Part shown: positions 10,275 through 23,623 of the stretch, piece after piece | Position numbering within the stretch: position 1 is the stretch's first letter | Layout: each line of letters starts with the position of its first letter | Assembly: GCA_963748215.1 (NCBI GenBank) | Contig: CAVVHS010000005.1 | Span: forward strand, 1 to 64,000 | Length of the DNA stretch: 64,000 nucleotides | Reading direction: 5' to 3' | Source of the DNA: an uncultured Gammaproteobacteria bacterium | GTDB lineage: Bacteria > Pseudomonadota > Gammaproteobacteria > UBA9214 | The notes under the pieces: generated by a model | The model's database searches: none | What the model saw: the letters and a program-made list of their open reading frames with translations, nothing else | Told to the model about the DNA's origin: nothing | Position numbers and translations under genes: made by a program

Positions 10275-10620
10275 ATGAAGCATCAGTTGATTTTGAATGT
10301 TCTGAAAACGGCGCCTCGCTGTCGCGCTGCTGACCGCGAGCCACATCGCATCGACCGGCGACCATGAATACCAGTGGGAGGATGACGACCATGCCTATGA
10401 CCGCGCACGCCGGGCGGTCGATCGCGGCGAGGCCCTGCCGATTGCGGAACTGCTGGAGCGCTTGAAAACCCGGGTTCCCGGCGAAGTGGTCGGGATCGAA
10501 TTCACGCGCGAGCACGGGAGATGGGTTTACGAGTTCAAGATCGTTGACGACAGCGGACTCCTGCTCGAAGTCTATGTCGATGCGAAAACCGGCAAGATAC
10601 TGTCGATGGAGGAAGACTGA
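10275..10620 (+). CDS. PepSY-domain protein (apparent frameshift near 10315; missed by ORF track)
   Basis: DRARRAVDRGEALPIAELL..PGEVVGIEF..GRWVYEFKIV..LEVYVDAKTGKIL; TGA overlaps the RR ATG. Confidence 0.8.
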
Positions 10621-11285
10621 TGCGCATTCTCCTGGTAGAAGACGACGACCAGACAGCCGCAGCCGTGCTCGCCTCTCTCGCCAGTGCCGGGTACGTGGTC
10701 GACCATGAAAGCGAGGGTGAAAAGGCCTGGTTCAGGGGGGATACCGAATCCTACGCCGCGGTCATCCTCGACCTGGGACTGCCGGGCATGGACGGGTTGT
10801 CGATACTCCGGAAATGGCGCCAGGCCGGACAGACCTTCCCGGTCCTGATTCTCACCGCCCGCGGCAACTGGAATGAACGTGTCGAGGGTATCGATGCGGG
10901 GGCAGATGACTACCTGCCCAAACCGTTCCAGATGCAGGAACTACAGGCCCGCTTGCGTGCCATCCTGCGGCGGTCTGCGGGACAGGCAACCCCCGTTATC
11001 ACGATCGGTCCCCTGTCACTCGACACCCGTCAGATGCGCGTCAGTGTGAACGATGTGCCTGTCCACCTGTCACCGCAGGAATACCGTCTGGTCCACTATC
11101 TCATACTGCATGCGGGACGCGTGGTATCACAGCTTGAACTGACCGAGCAGTTGTACGCCCGTGATTTCGAACGTGACTCCAATGCCGTTGAGGTGCTGAT
11201 CGGGCGCGTGCGCAAAAAGCTCGGCATCGACCTGATCCAGACGCGCCGGGGCTTCGGCTACGTCATCGAGACGCCGGAGCCGTGA
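10620..11285 (+). CDS. OmpR/PhoP-family response regulator
   Basis: MRILLVEDD, LDLGLPGMDG, GADDYLPKPF, TRRGFGY. Confidence 0.93.
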   Translation: MRILLVEDDDQTAAAVLASLASAGYVVDHESEGEKAWFRGDTESYAAVILDLGLPGMDGLSILRKWRQAGQTFPVLILTARGNWNERVEGIDAGADDYLPKPFQMQELQARLRAILRRSAGQATPVITIGPLSLDTRQMRVSVNDVPVHLSPQEYRLVHYLILHAGRVVSQLELTEQLYARDFERDSNAVEVLIGRVRKKLGIDLIQTRRGFGYVIETPEP

Positions 11286-12640
11286 CGCAACGTTCGCTTC
11301 GCTTCCGCCTGCTGGCATCTGCCGGTGTTTCAGTGGTTGTCGCGCTGCTCATTGCCGGCATGAGCCTGACAGTGATATTCGAGCACCACGTCAAACGCCG
11401 GATCGGCACCGAACTGGAAACCTATCTGAAGCAGATTGTCGCCGGCGTCAGTCTGATGCCGGATGGTCGTATCACCTCAACCGCAGCGCTGGCCGATCCG
11501 CGCTTCGATCAGCCGCTCAGTGGACTCTACTGGCAGGTCCAGGACGAGCAGCGCCCGCGACTCCTGCGCTCCCGCTCACTGTGGGACGATGTCATCACGC
11601 TCCCCGAGGACAGACTCGCACTCGGCACCGTCCATGAACACGACCTGCCGGGACCTGCCGGACAATCCCTGCTGGTTCGGGAACGCCAGATTGCCCTCCG
11701 CCACGCCGGCGACGAACGCCGGATCCGGATCGCCGTGGCCACGGACAAGCGCAGTCTTGCCGAGGCACGCAACGCCTTCGCTGCCGATATGCTGCCCTAT
11801 CTTGCGGTGATGGCAGCGGTCCTGCTGGCAGCGGCCTGGATACAGGTCCGTATCGGACTGGCGCCGCTGGATAATGTACGCCGCGGCGTCATGGAAATCC
11901 GCTCAGGGACATCGCGTCGCCTCGAAAGCCTGCATCCCGATGAAGTCATGCCACTCGTCGATGAGATAAACGGATTACTCGAAGCACAGGAGAAAACGAT
12001 TGAACGCGCGCGCGCATGGACCGCGGATCTTGCCCATGGACTCAAGACGCCACTGATGGTGCTGACGGCCGATGCGCAACGCTTGCGTGAAGAAGGCAAT
12101 ACGACGATCGCTGACGATCTGGATCAACTCTCCGAAACCATGCGCCGGCGCGTCGACCGGGAACTGATACGCGCCCGTGTTCGCTCGGGCGTTCAGAGCA
12201 GACGGGCGCGTGCCGAAGTGGTCGAGACAGTCAACCGCATTGTCCGCACCCTGAAACGCACACCGCGCGGCTCTGTCCTCGGCTGGACTGTCGAGACGCC
12301 TGACCGTGCGGATGCCGCCATTCCGGGCGATGACCTGACCGAACTCCTGGGCAACATCCTGGAAAATGCAACCAAGTGGGCCAACGAGATGGTTTCTGTC
12401 GCCATAGCCACGGGCAACGGTGTCATTATTACGATCGAGGATGACGGGCCCGGCGTGCCGGCAGGCCAGCTGGACAACCTGGGATTGCGTGGCATGAGGC
12501 TAGATGAGCAGAAGCAAGGCACCGGTCTGGGGCTTGCCATTGCCCGGGATATCGTCGAGGCCTATCACGGTGACTTGCTATTCAGCCATGCACCAACGGG
12601 AGGCCTGGCGGTGGTTGTTCGACTGCCAGCCGCGCCGTGA
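11282..12640 (+). CDS. Sensor histidine kinase
   Basis: Two TM segments, DLAHGLKTPL, NILENATKWA, DDGPG, GTGLGL. Confidence 0.93.
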   Translation: MTQRSLRFRLLASAGVSVVVALLIAGMSLTVIFEHHVKRRIGTELETYLKQIVAGVSLMPDGRITSTAALADPRFDQPLSGLYWQVQDEQRPRLLRSRSLWDDVITLPEDRLALGTVHEHDLPGPAGQSLLVRERQIALRHAGDERRIRIAVATDKRSLAEARNAFAADMLPYLAVMAAVLLAAAWIQVRIGLAPLDNVRRGVMEIRSGTSRRLESLHPDEVMPLVDEINGLLEAQEKTIERARAWTADLAHGLKTPLMVLTADAQRLREEGNTTIADDLDQLSETMRRRVDRELIRARVRSGVQSRRARAEVVETVNRIVRTLKRTPRGSVLGWTVETPDRADAAIPGDDLTELLGNILENATKWANEMVSVAIATGNGVIITIEDDGPGVPAGQLDNLGLRGMRLDEQKQGTGLGLAIARDIVEAYHGDLLFSHAPTGGLAVVVRLPAAP

Positions 12641-12664
12641 GGCGGTCTTTACACCCTGACCGGA

Positions 12665-13017
12665 TGGCGGAGAGGGAGGGATTACTCGCGCTGCGCGCTC
12701 GCCCTGCGGGCCGTTGCCGCTGCGCGGCAACGTTCTTCGGCGCGTTCCGCGCCTTGTCGAACCAGCCAATTGAATATCGAGGGTTCGAATCCGACCGATT
12801 CCACAAATCGAAAAGGCCCCATACAGGGGCCTTTTCAATTTGGCGGAGAGGGAGGGATTACTCGGCGCTGCGCGCTCGCCCTTCGGGCCGTTGCCGCTGC
12901 GCGGCAACGTTCTTCGGCGCGTTCCGCGCCTTGTCGAACCAGCCAATTGAATATCGAGGGTTCGAATCCGACCGCTTCCACAAATCGAAAAGGCCCCATA
13001 CAGGGGCCTTTTCAATT
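12665..13017 (-). repeat. Two tandem RtT-like tRNA-linked repeats (176 and 177 bp)
   Basis: Units 12665-12840 and 12841-13017 are near-identical; each has the tRNA 3' 19 nt and the terminator GAAAAGGCCCC-ATACA-GGGGCCTTTTC. Confidence 0.9.
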
Positions 13018-13108
13018 TGGCGGAGAGGGAGGGATTCGAACCCTCGATGGGCTTTTGACCCATACTCCCTTAGCAGGGGAGCGCCTTCGGCCTCTCGGCC
13101 ACCTCTCC
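13018..13108 (-). tRNA. tRNA-Ser(GCT)
   Basis: GGAGAGGTGGCCGAGAGGCCGAAGGCGCTCCCCT-GCT-AAGGGAGT..long variable arm..GGTTCGAATCCCTCCCTCTCCGCCA; follows csrA. Confidence 0.97.
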
Positions 13109-13268
13109 TGAACGACGTAAAACGTTGCAGACGGGATTATAACGAGAAACAACCGGAATTGTTCAAATCATTGCTGCGTGTAGCCCGGATGTCGTCACCT
13201 GTCCGGCACCGCTGGCATTACCCTGGCAATTTGTGGGTAAAGATTTTGCCGAAACTTGCACGAACCCG

Positions 13269-13463
13269 TCAGGACTGGTTGGTACCATCCTTGTGGCTCT
13301 GCTCGTCCTTGATGCGTTCGTAAATTTCCTCGCGGTGCACGGCAACATTCTTAGGTGCATTTACCCCGATCCGGACCTGATTTCCTTTCACACCCAGTAC
13401 GGTGATGGTGATGTCATCACCGACCATGAGGGTTTCTCCAACTCTGCGAGTAAGTATCAACAT
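13269..13463 (-). CDS. csrA: Carbon storage regulator
   Basis: [39 protein letters not shown]. Confidence 0.97.
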   Translation of the reverse strand: MLILTRRVGETLMVGDDITITVLGVKGNQVRIGVNAPKNVAVHREEIYERIKDEQSHKDGTNQS

Positions 13464-13678
13464 CTTTTCAACCTCTTGTTATCGTGTGTCCCTGCCAAGG
13501 TTTGTGCCATTGTTTGTTATTCTGTTCAGCCCGCCGGAATGGTTGAAACACCGGCGAAAGCAATATCCTGTGGTCCAATTTCGATTGATGTAGAAGTATA
13601 TATGAAAGTCGAGATAAGAGAATATCCTGGAAAGCATATTAACAGGATTTTTTACCATATTGTTTATATTGATAAATA

Positions 13679-14905
13679 TCATGCCTTCGCCTGATCGAGA
13701 TGGAAGGCGTCATGTAGCGCCCGCACACCCAGCTCCAGGTACTTTTCATCGACTACCACGGAGATCTTGATCTCCGAGGTCGAGATCATGCGGATGTTGA
13801 TGCCCTCGCGGGCCAGCGCCTCGAACATGGTCGAGGCAATACCGGCATGCGAGCGCATGCCGACACCGACCAGCGAGATCTTCACGATCCTGTTATCGCC
13901 GCTGACCTCGCGCGCGCCCAGCTCGCGTGCGGTACTCTCCAGGATCGACATGGCGCGCTTGTAGTCGTTGCGGTGTACGGTAAAGGTGAAGTCGGTGGTC
14001 GCACCGTCCGGGGCGATGTTCTGCACGATCATGTCCACCTCGATATTCGCCGCCGCGATCGGACCGAGCAGCTTGAACGCGACGCCAGGGGTGTCCGGCA
14101 CGCCGATCACGGTCAGCTTGGCCTCGTCCCGGTTGAACGCGATACCGGATATCAATACGTCTTCCATCTTCTCTTCCTCGTAGGTGATCAACGTGCCCTC
14201 GCCTTCCTCGAACGACGACAGTACGCGTAACGGGACATTGTAGCGGCCGGCAAAACTGACCGAGCGGATCTGCAGCACCTTGGAACCCAGGCTGGCCATC
14301 TCCAGCATTTCCTCGAAGGTAATGCGGTCGAGCCGGCGTGCATTCGGCACCACGCGTGGGTCCGTGGTGTAGACGCCATCCACATCGGTATAGATCTGGC
14401 ACTCGTCCGCCTTCAGCGCCGCGGCCAGCGCCACGGCCGTGGTATCCGAACCACCGCGCCCCAGCGTGGTGATGTTGCCGTGCTCGTCCGCGCCCTGGAA
14501 TCCGGCCACCACCACGACGCGTCCCGCGCGCAGGTCGGCATGAACGCGCTTGTCATCGATTTCCCGAATGCGTGCCTTGTTGTGCGCACTGTCGGTCAGG
14601 ATGTGCACCTGCGAACCGGTATAGGAACGCGCCGGACAGCCGCGTTTTTCAAGCGCCATGCTGAGCAGCGCAATCGTCACCTGTTCACCGGTCGCAAGCA
14701 GCACGTCGAGCTCGCGCGGCGACGGCGCATCGCTGATCGCGCCGGCGAGGTCGATCAGGCGGTTGGTCTCGCCGCTCATCGCGGAGACCACGACCACCAG
14801 GTCGTTGCCGCGATTGCGCCAGTCGATGACCTTGTCGGCCACGTGCCCGATCCGTTCGGGCGACCCGACCGAGGTGCCGCCGTATTTCTGAACGATGAGT
14901 GCCAT
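13679..14905 (-). CDS. lysC: Aspartate kinase
   Basis: MALIVQKYGGTSVG, TTLGRGGSDTTAV, ACT domains. Confidence 0.95.
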   Translation of the reverse strand: MALIVQKYGGTSVGSPERIGHVADKVIDWRNRGNDLVVVVSAMSGETNRLIDLAGAISDAPSPRELDVLLATGEQVTIALLSMALEKRGCPARSYTGSQVHILTDSAHNKARIREIDDKRVHADLRAGRVVVVAGFQGADEHGNITTLGRGGSDTTAVALAAALKADECQIYTDVDGVYTTDPRVVPNARRLDRITFEEMLEMASLGSKVLQIRSVSFAGRYNVPLRVLSSFEEGEGTLITYEEEKMEDVLISGIAFNRDEAKLTVIGVPDTPGVAFKLLGPIAAANIEVDMIVQNIAPDGATTDFTFTVHRNDYKRAMSILESTARELGAREVSGDNRIVKISLVGVGMRSHAGIASTMFEALAREGINIRMISTSEIKISVVVDEKYLELGVRALHDAFHLDQAKA

Positions 14906-14951
14906 GATGGGGTTATTCCTGAACTTAAAGAAACGGTATACCTGGGCGCAA

Positions 14952-17556
<2,605 letters not shown>

Positions 17557-17688
17557 GCTGATTCTGCCTGATTCTGTCCGGTTGAGTGCGGACGTTATTA
17601 TTCAGGGATTTGGGGACGATTGGAACACCTGTTTGCCGGGTTTTGCACGGGCGCTGCCCGGGCGGGCTGTTACCGGCATCAGGAAATT

Positions 17689-18156
17689 CTATTCGCTGTC
17701 GCGGAACACCCGCCCGATCTGTTCCGCGGTGAAGCCGCGCTGCTGCAGGAACCGCATCTGACGGCTGCGCTCGCGGAAATCCGCCGGCAGCGCGCTGCCG
17801 AACTTTTTTTCGCGGACCTCGCGCAGCAGCCCCTGCCAGTCATCCGCCAGGGCCTCGATACTGTGCTCGATGAGGGTCTCGTCGACTCCGCGCTCGCGCA
17901 GCTCGGCATGAATCTTGTGCGGTCCCGAGCCGCGCTGGAAGCGAGACCAGACGAACTGTTCGGCAAAACGCGTATCGCTGAGCAGGCCTTCCGCCTCCAG
18001 CACAACCAGCGCCGCATCCACCGTGTCATCATCGAAGCCGCGCGAGCACAGCTTGCGGGACAGCTCGCGCCGGCTGTGTTCCCGGCGTGCCAGCAGGTCC
18101 AGCGCCGCCTGGCGCGCGACGGCGCCGTCCGCGACCTGCTCAGGCCTCGGCTTCAA
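17689..18156 (-). CDS. recX: Regulatory protein RecX
   Basis: [28 protein letters not shown]; downstream of recA. Confidence 0.92.
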   Translation of the reverse strand: MKPRPEQVADGAVARQAALDLLARREHSRRELSRKLCSRGFDDDTVDAALVVLEAEGLLSDTRFAEQFVWSRFQRGSGPHKIHAELRERGVDETLIEHSIEALADDWQGLLREVREKKFGSALPADFRERSRQMRFLQQRGFTAEQIGRVFRDSE

Positions 18157-19174
18157 GCGCCTCCTCTGGGACGGCCTTCACCGGCTTGGCCAGCAGCAAC
18201 GCGCGCAGCTTGCCCTCGATTTCGGCGGCGATGTCCCGGTTCTGCTTCAGGAACTCGCGCACGTTGTCCTTGCCCTGGCCGATACGGTCGTCGCCGTAGC
18301 TGTACCAGGCGCCGGATTTGTCGACGATGCCGTGCTGCACGCCCAGGTCGATCAGCTCGGCCTCGCGCGAAATGCCCTCACCGTACAGGATCTGGAACTC
18401 GGCCTGCCTGAACGGCGGCGCCATCTTGTTTTTCACCACCTTGACGCGGGTCTCGTTGCCGGTGATTTCGTCGCCTTTCTTGATGGCGCCGATACGGCGT
18501 ATGTCCATGCGCACGGAGGCGTAGAACTTGAGCGCGTTACCGCCGGTGGTCGTTTCCGGGTTACCGAACATGACGCCGATCTTCATGCGGATCTGGTTAA
18601 TGAAGATCACCATGGTGTTGGAGCGCTGTATGTTGGCAGTCAGCTTGCGCAGCGCCTGGGACATCAGCCGCGCCTGCAGGCCCATGTGCGAATCACCCAT
18701 GTCACCCTCGATCTCGGCCTTCGGCGTCAGCGCCGCCACCGAGTCGACCACCACCACGTCGATGGAGCCGGAACGCACCAGCATGTCGGTGATCTCCAGT
18801 GCCTGCTCACCGGTGTCCGGCTGCGACACCAGCAGTTCGTCGACGTTGACGCCGAGCTTCTCCGCGTAGCCGGGATCGAGCGCATGCTCGGCGTCGATGA
18901 ACGCCGCCGTGCCGCCGAGCTTCTGCGCCTCGGCGATCACCTGCAGCGTCAGCGTGGTCTTGCCGGACGACTCCGGGCCGTAGATCTCGATCACGCGCCC
19001 GCGCGGCAGGCCGCCGATACCGAGTGCGATATCCAGTCCAAGCGAGCCGGTCGAAATGGCTGCAACATCGCGCACTGCGCTGACATCGCCCATGCGCATC
19101 ACCGCGCCCTTGCCGAACTGCTTTTCGATCTGCCCCAGGGCTGCGCTCAGGGCCTTGCGTTTGTTGTCTTCCAT
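18140..19174 (-). CDS. recA: Recombinase RecA
   Basis: [26 protein letters not shown]. Confidence 0.98.
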   Translation of the reverse strand: MEDNKRKALSAALGQIEKQFGKGAVMRMGDVSAVRDVAAISTGSLGLDIALGIGGLPRGRVIEIYGPESSGKTTLTLQVIAEAQKLGGTAAFIDAEHALDPGYAEKLGVNVDELLVSQPDTGEQALEITDMLVRSGSIDVVVVDSVAALTPKAEIEGDMGDSHMGLQARLMSQALRKLTANIQRSNTMVIFINQIRMKIGVMFGNPETTTGGNALKFYASVRMDIRRIGAIKKGDEITGNETRVKVVKNKMAPPFRQAEFQILYGEGISREAELIDLGVQHGIVDKSGAWYSYGDDRIGQGKDNVREFLKQNRDIAAEIEGKLRALLLAKPVKAVPEEALEAEA

Positions 19175-19246
19175 CAATCTCCTCCGGAATATGTGCATGG
19201 CATGCCGTTCCCTGGCGCGCCGGACGCGCGGATTATCACATAGAAC

Positions 19247-19789
19247 TCAGCCACCCTCTAGCGGCCAGCAGCGCAGCGGCCGATAAACACTGCCGTTTTC
19301 CGTACTGGCTGACTCCACCAGACAGAAATTACTGACCGGCCAGGTCACGGCGGGAATTTCCGGGTCATCCACACCCCGGGCAAGCTTGCGCGCGAGGGTG
19401 ATATGCGCCTGGAAGCCACGCGTCTCCGGCTCGATACCACAGCCGGCCAGGGTATTGCGCAGCGAACCGGCCAGGTCCCACAACGCGGGTGGCACGTGGG
19501 TCGGACCGATCCACAGGATGCGCGGCCGCGGCCAGTAGCCGGCATGGTCGATGCGGAGTTCAAACGGCGCCGACCGAATCGTGGCCGCGGTACGCTCCAG
19601 GCAGGCCGCGATCTCCGCCGTGACCGGACCGGCGAAGGCCAGCGTCAGGTGCAGGTTGGCCGCCGGCACCCGCCTGACGCGTTTGCCGGTCAGTCCCTTG
19701 CCGGCCACATCCAGTGCCGTGCGCACGCCATCGTCCGGCCACAGCGCGAAGAACAGCCGGCGTTTCGGCTCAGGCACCGGTATTGCCAA
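19247..19789 (-). CDS. thpR: RNA 2',3'-cyclic phosphodiesterase
   Basis: RLFFALWP and two HxT motifs (HLTL, HITL). Confidence 0.9.
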   Translation of the reverse strand: MAIPVPEPKRRLFFALWPDDGVRTALDVAGKGLTGKRVRRVPAANLHLTLAFAGPVTAEIAACLERTAATIRSAPFELRIDHAGYWPRPRILWIGPTHVPPALWDLAGSLRNTLAGCGIEPETRGFQAHITLARKLARGVDDPEIPAVTWPVSNFCLVESASTENGSVYRPLRCWPLEGG

Positions 19790-20264
19790 CCAGCTCGATC
19801 AGCCCGGTGATGCCATGGATCACCGCGGCGCGGCGCACCTGCTCGCGGTCACCGGCAAACCGGCGGGTCTCGATGCGGCTGGCGCCCTGCCGGCCGGCCC
19901 AGGCAAAACATACCGTGCCGACCGGCTTTCCCGGCACCGCGCCGCCCGGTCCGGCGATGCCGCTGATCGCCAGCGCAAAGTCGGCGCGGCTATGCGCCAG
20001 TATGCCGGCGGCCATGGCCGCCACGGTGGCCTCGCTGACTGCGCCGTACTGTTGCAGGATCGCCGGCGTTACGCCGAGCATGTCCTGCTTGGCCGCGTTG
20101 CTGTAGGTCACGAAGCCCCGATCGAACCACTGCGAGCTGCCGGGCACGTCGGTCAGGCACTTGGCCACCCAACCCCCGGTGCAGGACTCCGCCACGGCCA
20201 GCCACTGGCCGTGCGCCAGCAACAGGACACCGAGGCGTTCGGACAATTTGAACAGATCCGACAT
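19770..20264 (-). CDS. pncC: CinA C-terminal/NMN amidohydrolase
   Basis: AESCTGG, GSSQWF, VTYSN, SGIAGPGG, KPVGTV. Confidence 0.9.
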   Translation of the reverse strand: MSDLFKLSERLGVLLLAHGQWLAVAESCTGGWVAKCLTDVPGSSQWFDRGFVTYSNAAKQDMLGVTPAILQQYGAVSEATVAAMAAGILAHSRADFALAISGIAGPGGAVPGKPVGTVCFAWAGRQGASRIETRRFAGDREQVRRAAVIHGITGLIELVGNTGA

Positions 20265-20348
20265 CAGCAGCTTAATCCAGATATAAACAAAGTTTTCTAT
20301 AAGATTGATTAATAGCGTTTTAATGTTCCCGCGCGTCGCCGGCAGAGC

Positions 20349-20420
20349 GTAGGGTGCGTTTTACGCACCATTTACGGTGCACGAAGTGCACCCTACCCCG
20401 TATGGTGCGTTTTATGCACC
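20349..20420. repeat. GTAG-type REP doublet plus third copy
   Basis: GTAGGGTGCGTTTTACGCACC / GGTGCACGAAGTGCACCCTAC / GTATGGTGCGTTTTATGCACC. Confidence 0.85.
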
Positions 20421-20492
20421 ATTTGTACCGCGCTGCACAGGGTACACCGCATCCCTGCGCAAAGTGTACGCAATCGGGTAGACTTGCCGGCC

Positions 20493-23063
20493 ATGATCAG
20501 CACCGCGTCCGCCCATACCCCGATGATGCAGCAGTACCTCGGCATCAAGTCGGAACACCCGGATATCCTGTTGTTCTACCGCATGGGCGATTTCTACGAG
20601 CTGTTCTTCGATGATGCCCAGCGCGCCGCCCGGCTGCTGGACATCACCCTCACCGCGCGCGGCAAGTCCGCCGGCCAGGCCATCCCCATGGCCGGGGTGC
20701 CGGTGCACGCCATCGACCAGTACCTGGGCCGGCTGGTGCGCCAGGGCGAGTCGGTCGCCATCTGCGAACAGGTCGGCGATCCCGCCACCAGCAAGGGGCC
20801 GGTCGAACGCAAGGTGGTGCGCATCGTCACTCCCGGCACGCTGACCGAGGAGGCGCTGCTCAACGAGCGCCGGGACAACCTGCTGGTCGCCATTCATCCG
20901 CAGGGCAAGGACTGGGGCATCGCCGCGCTCGACCTCGCCGGCGGTCGCTTCGTCGTGCAGCAATGCCAGGGCAGCGAGGCCCTGCTCGGCGAGATCACCC
21001 GCCTCGACCCGGCCGAACTCGTCACCGGCGAAGGCGTCGAACTACCACCCGAACTGGCGGCGCATCCATGCCTGCGCCGCCAGGCACCCTGGTTGTTCGA
21101 GACCGACAGCGCGCGTCGCCAGCTCAACGAGCAATTCGGCACTCGCGATTTGAGCGGCTTCGGCTGCGAACAGCTGCCGACGGCGATCGGCGCGGCCGGC
21201 GGCCTGCTCGAGTATGTGAAAAATACCCAGCTCACCAGCCTGCCGCACCTGCGCGGCCTGCGTGTCGAGTCGCGCCACGACAGCCTGGTGCTGGACGCTG
21301 CCACGCGCCGCAACCTGGAACTGGAAAGCGCCGGTTCCGGCAAGCGGGAACATACCGTGGCGGGTGTGCTCGACCAGACCGCCACGGCCATGGGCGGCCG
21401 CCAGCTGCGCCGCTGGCTGCACCGCCCGCTGCGCGATCACGCGCTGCTGGAACAACGCCACCAGTGCGTGGCCGCGTTCGCGGAAGCCGGACTCGATGGC
21501 GCCATTCACGATCTGCTGCGCGGCTGTTCAGATATCGAGCGCATCCTGGCGCGCATCGCCCTGAAATCGGCGCGTCCGCGTGACCTGTCCGGCCTGCGCG
21601 ACAGCCTTGCCCTGCTGCCGGCGCTGCAGGAGATACTGGCAGGCAGCGACGACCCGCTGGCCCGCGATATGGCCACGCGCATCGGCGTACATGCGGACAC
21701 CCACGATCTGCTGGCGCGTGCCGTCAGGGATCTCCCGCCGCAACTGATCCGCGACGGCGGCGTGCTGGCCGCGGGTTATCACGCGGAACTCGACGAGCTG
21801 CGCACCCTGAGCGAGCGCGGCGATGCCTGCCTGCTCGACATGGAGAGCAGCGAGCGCGAACGCACCGGCATCAATAACCTGAAAATCCGCTACAACAGGG
21901 TGCACGGCTATTACATCGAGGTCAGCCGCCTGCAGGCCGACCGGGTACCGGACAATTACCAGCGCCGCCAGACGCTGAAGGGCGTGGAACGCTACATCAC
22001 GCCGGAGCTGAAGGCGCACGAGGACAGGGTGCTGAGCGCGCACGAACGCGCGCTGGCGCTGGAGAAGGCGCTCTACGACGCCCTGCTCGACGAACTGATC
22101 GCGGTGCTCGATCCGCTGACACGCGCGGCAGAGGGTATCGCCGAACTCGACGTGCTCGCCAACTTCGCCGAGCGCAGCCGCACCCTGAACCTGTGCCGCC
22201 CGCAACTCGGCGCGCGCAACGGTATCAGTATCGCGGGCGGCCGCCACCTGGTGGTCGAGCAGTTGCTGGACGACCCCTTCATCCCCAACGACACCCGGCT
22301 CAACGACAGCCAGCGCATGCTGATCATCACCGGCCCGAACATGGGCGGCAAGTCCACCTACATGCGCCAGACCGCGCTGATCGTGCTGCTGGCACATATC
22401 GGCTGCTATGTGCCGGCGGACAGCGCCGTGATCGGCCCGGTGGACCGCATCTTCTCGCGCATCGGCGCGGCCGACGACCTCGCCGGCGGGCGTTCCACCT
22501 TCATGGTGGAAATGACCGAGACGGCGAACATCCTGCACAACGCCACCGAACACAGCCTGGTGCTGATGGACGAGATCGGCCGCGGCACCAGCACCTACGA
22601 CGGGCTGGCACTGGCGTGGGCCTGCGCCGTGGACCTTGCCGCGCGCATCAAGGCCTACACCCTGTTCGCGACCCATTACTTCGAACTCACCGCGCTGCCG
22701 GAACACTATGACGGCATCGCCAACGTGCACCTCGACGCCACCGAGCATGAGGACCGCATCGTGTTCCTGCACAGCGTGCGCGACGGCGCGGCGGACCGCA
22801 GCTACGGCCTGCATGTCGCGGCCCTGGCCGGCGTGCCGAAAGCCGTCATCCGCCAGGCACAGGCCCGGCTGGCGGACCTGGAGCGCCGGCAACAGGGCGT
22901 GGCGGCGCCGGCCTCGCCGCAGATGCCGCTGTTTCTGGCCACGCAGGACCATCCGCTGCTGAGTGCGCTGAACGAGCTGGACCCGGACAGCCTGTCACCG
23001 CGCGAGGCGCTCGCACAGCTCTATGCCCTGAAGGAGCTGGCGCAGCAGGATCTGCATTCATAA
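20493..23063 (+). CDS. mutS: DNA mismatch repair protein MutS
   Basis: [35 protein letters not shown]. Confidence 0.98.
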   Translation: MISTASAHTPMMQQYLGIKSEHPDILLFYRMGDFYELFFDDAQRAARLLDITLTARGKSAGQAIPMAGVPVHAIDQYLGRLVRQGESVAICEQVGDPATSKGPVERKVVRIVTPGTLTEEALLNERRDNLLVAIHPQGKDWGIAALDLAGGRFVVQQCQGSEALLGEITRLDPAELVTGEGVELPPELAAHPCLRRQAPWLFETDSARRQLNEQFGTRDLSGFGCEQLPTAIGAAGGLLEYVKNTQLTSLPHLRGLRVESRHDSLVLDAATRRNLELESAGSGKREHTVAGVLDQTATAMGGRQLRRWLHRPLRDHALLEQRHQCVAAFAEAGLDGAIHDLLRGCSDIERILARIALKSARPRDLSGLRDSLALLPALQEILAGSDDPLARDMATRIGVHADTHDLLARAVRDLPPQLIRDGGVLAAGYHAELDELRTLSERGDACLLDMESSERERTGINNLKIRYNRVHGYYIEVSRLQADRVPDNYQRRQTLKGVERYITPELKAHEDRVLSAHERALALEKALYDALLDELIAVLDPLTRAAEGIAELDVLANFAERSRTLNLCRPQLGARNGISIAGGRHLVVEQLLDDPFIPNDTRLNDSQRMLIITGPNMGGKSTYMRQTALIVLLAHIGCYVPADSAVIGPVDRIFSRIGAADDLAGGRSTFMVEMTETANILHNATEHSLVLMDEIGRGTSTYDGLALAWACAVDLAARIKAYTLFATHYFELTALPEHYDGIANVHLDATEHEDRIVFLHSVRDGAADRSYGLHVAALAGVPKAVIRQAQARLADLERRQQGVAAPASPQMPLFLATQDHPLLSALNELDPDSLSPREALAQLYALKELAQQDLHS

Positions 23064-23223
23064 ACGCAGCACTTTGCGGGTATACTGACACCCCGGCGCC
23101 GGTTTCCGGCCACAGCTTGTTTGTGGTAATAGAGCAGCTTACGCGATGTACGTGAGAATCTGCCTGACACTGGAGAGATTGCGGACCGGCACACGCGCCG
23201 CCGCTGACTGACTGGAGAGTTGC

Positions 23224-23547
23224 ATGACATTCGTTGTGACCGAAAACTGTATCAAGTGCAAGTACACGGACTGTGTCGAGGTGTGTCCGGTCGACTGCTT
23301 CCACGAGGGCCCCAACTTCCTCGTCATTGACCCGGACGAGTGCATCGACTGCACGCTGTGCGAACCGGAATGCCCGATCGGCGCCATCTTCGACGAAGGC
23401 GACCTGCCGCCTGGCCAGGAGCAGTTCCTGGAACTGAATGCCGAGCTGTCGAGGGAATGGCCGGTCATCACGCAAATGAAAGACGCGCCGCCCGATGCCG
23501 ACGAGTGGAAGGACAAGCCCGACAAGCTGAAACTCCTGGAGCGTTGA
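23224..23547 (+). CDS. fdxA: 7Fe ferredoxin
   Basis: [30 protein letters not shown]. Confidence 0.95.
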   Translation: MTFVVTENCIKCKYTDCVEVCPVDCFHEGPNFLVIDPDECIDCTLCEPECPIGAIFDEGDLPPGQEQFLELNAELSREWPVITQMKDAPPDADEWKDKPDKLKLLER

Positions 23548-23623
23548 ATCACGCGCCAACCGGCAGCAGCGCAGCATCGCGGCACACCGGCCGCACGCTG
23601 CTGTATTTCACTCGGCAACACGC

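Noticed and set aside
12665-13017. CRISPR array
   Set aside because: The inter-repeat sequences are near-identical, the repeat is the tRNA 3' end, and there are no cas genes
13464-13678. AT-rich 67-aa ORF between lysC and csrA
   Set aside because: Atypical composition with no recognisable motif; more likely the csrA promoter region
19175-19246. LexA box upstream of recA
   Set aside because: No CTGT-N8-ACAG match is visible
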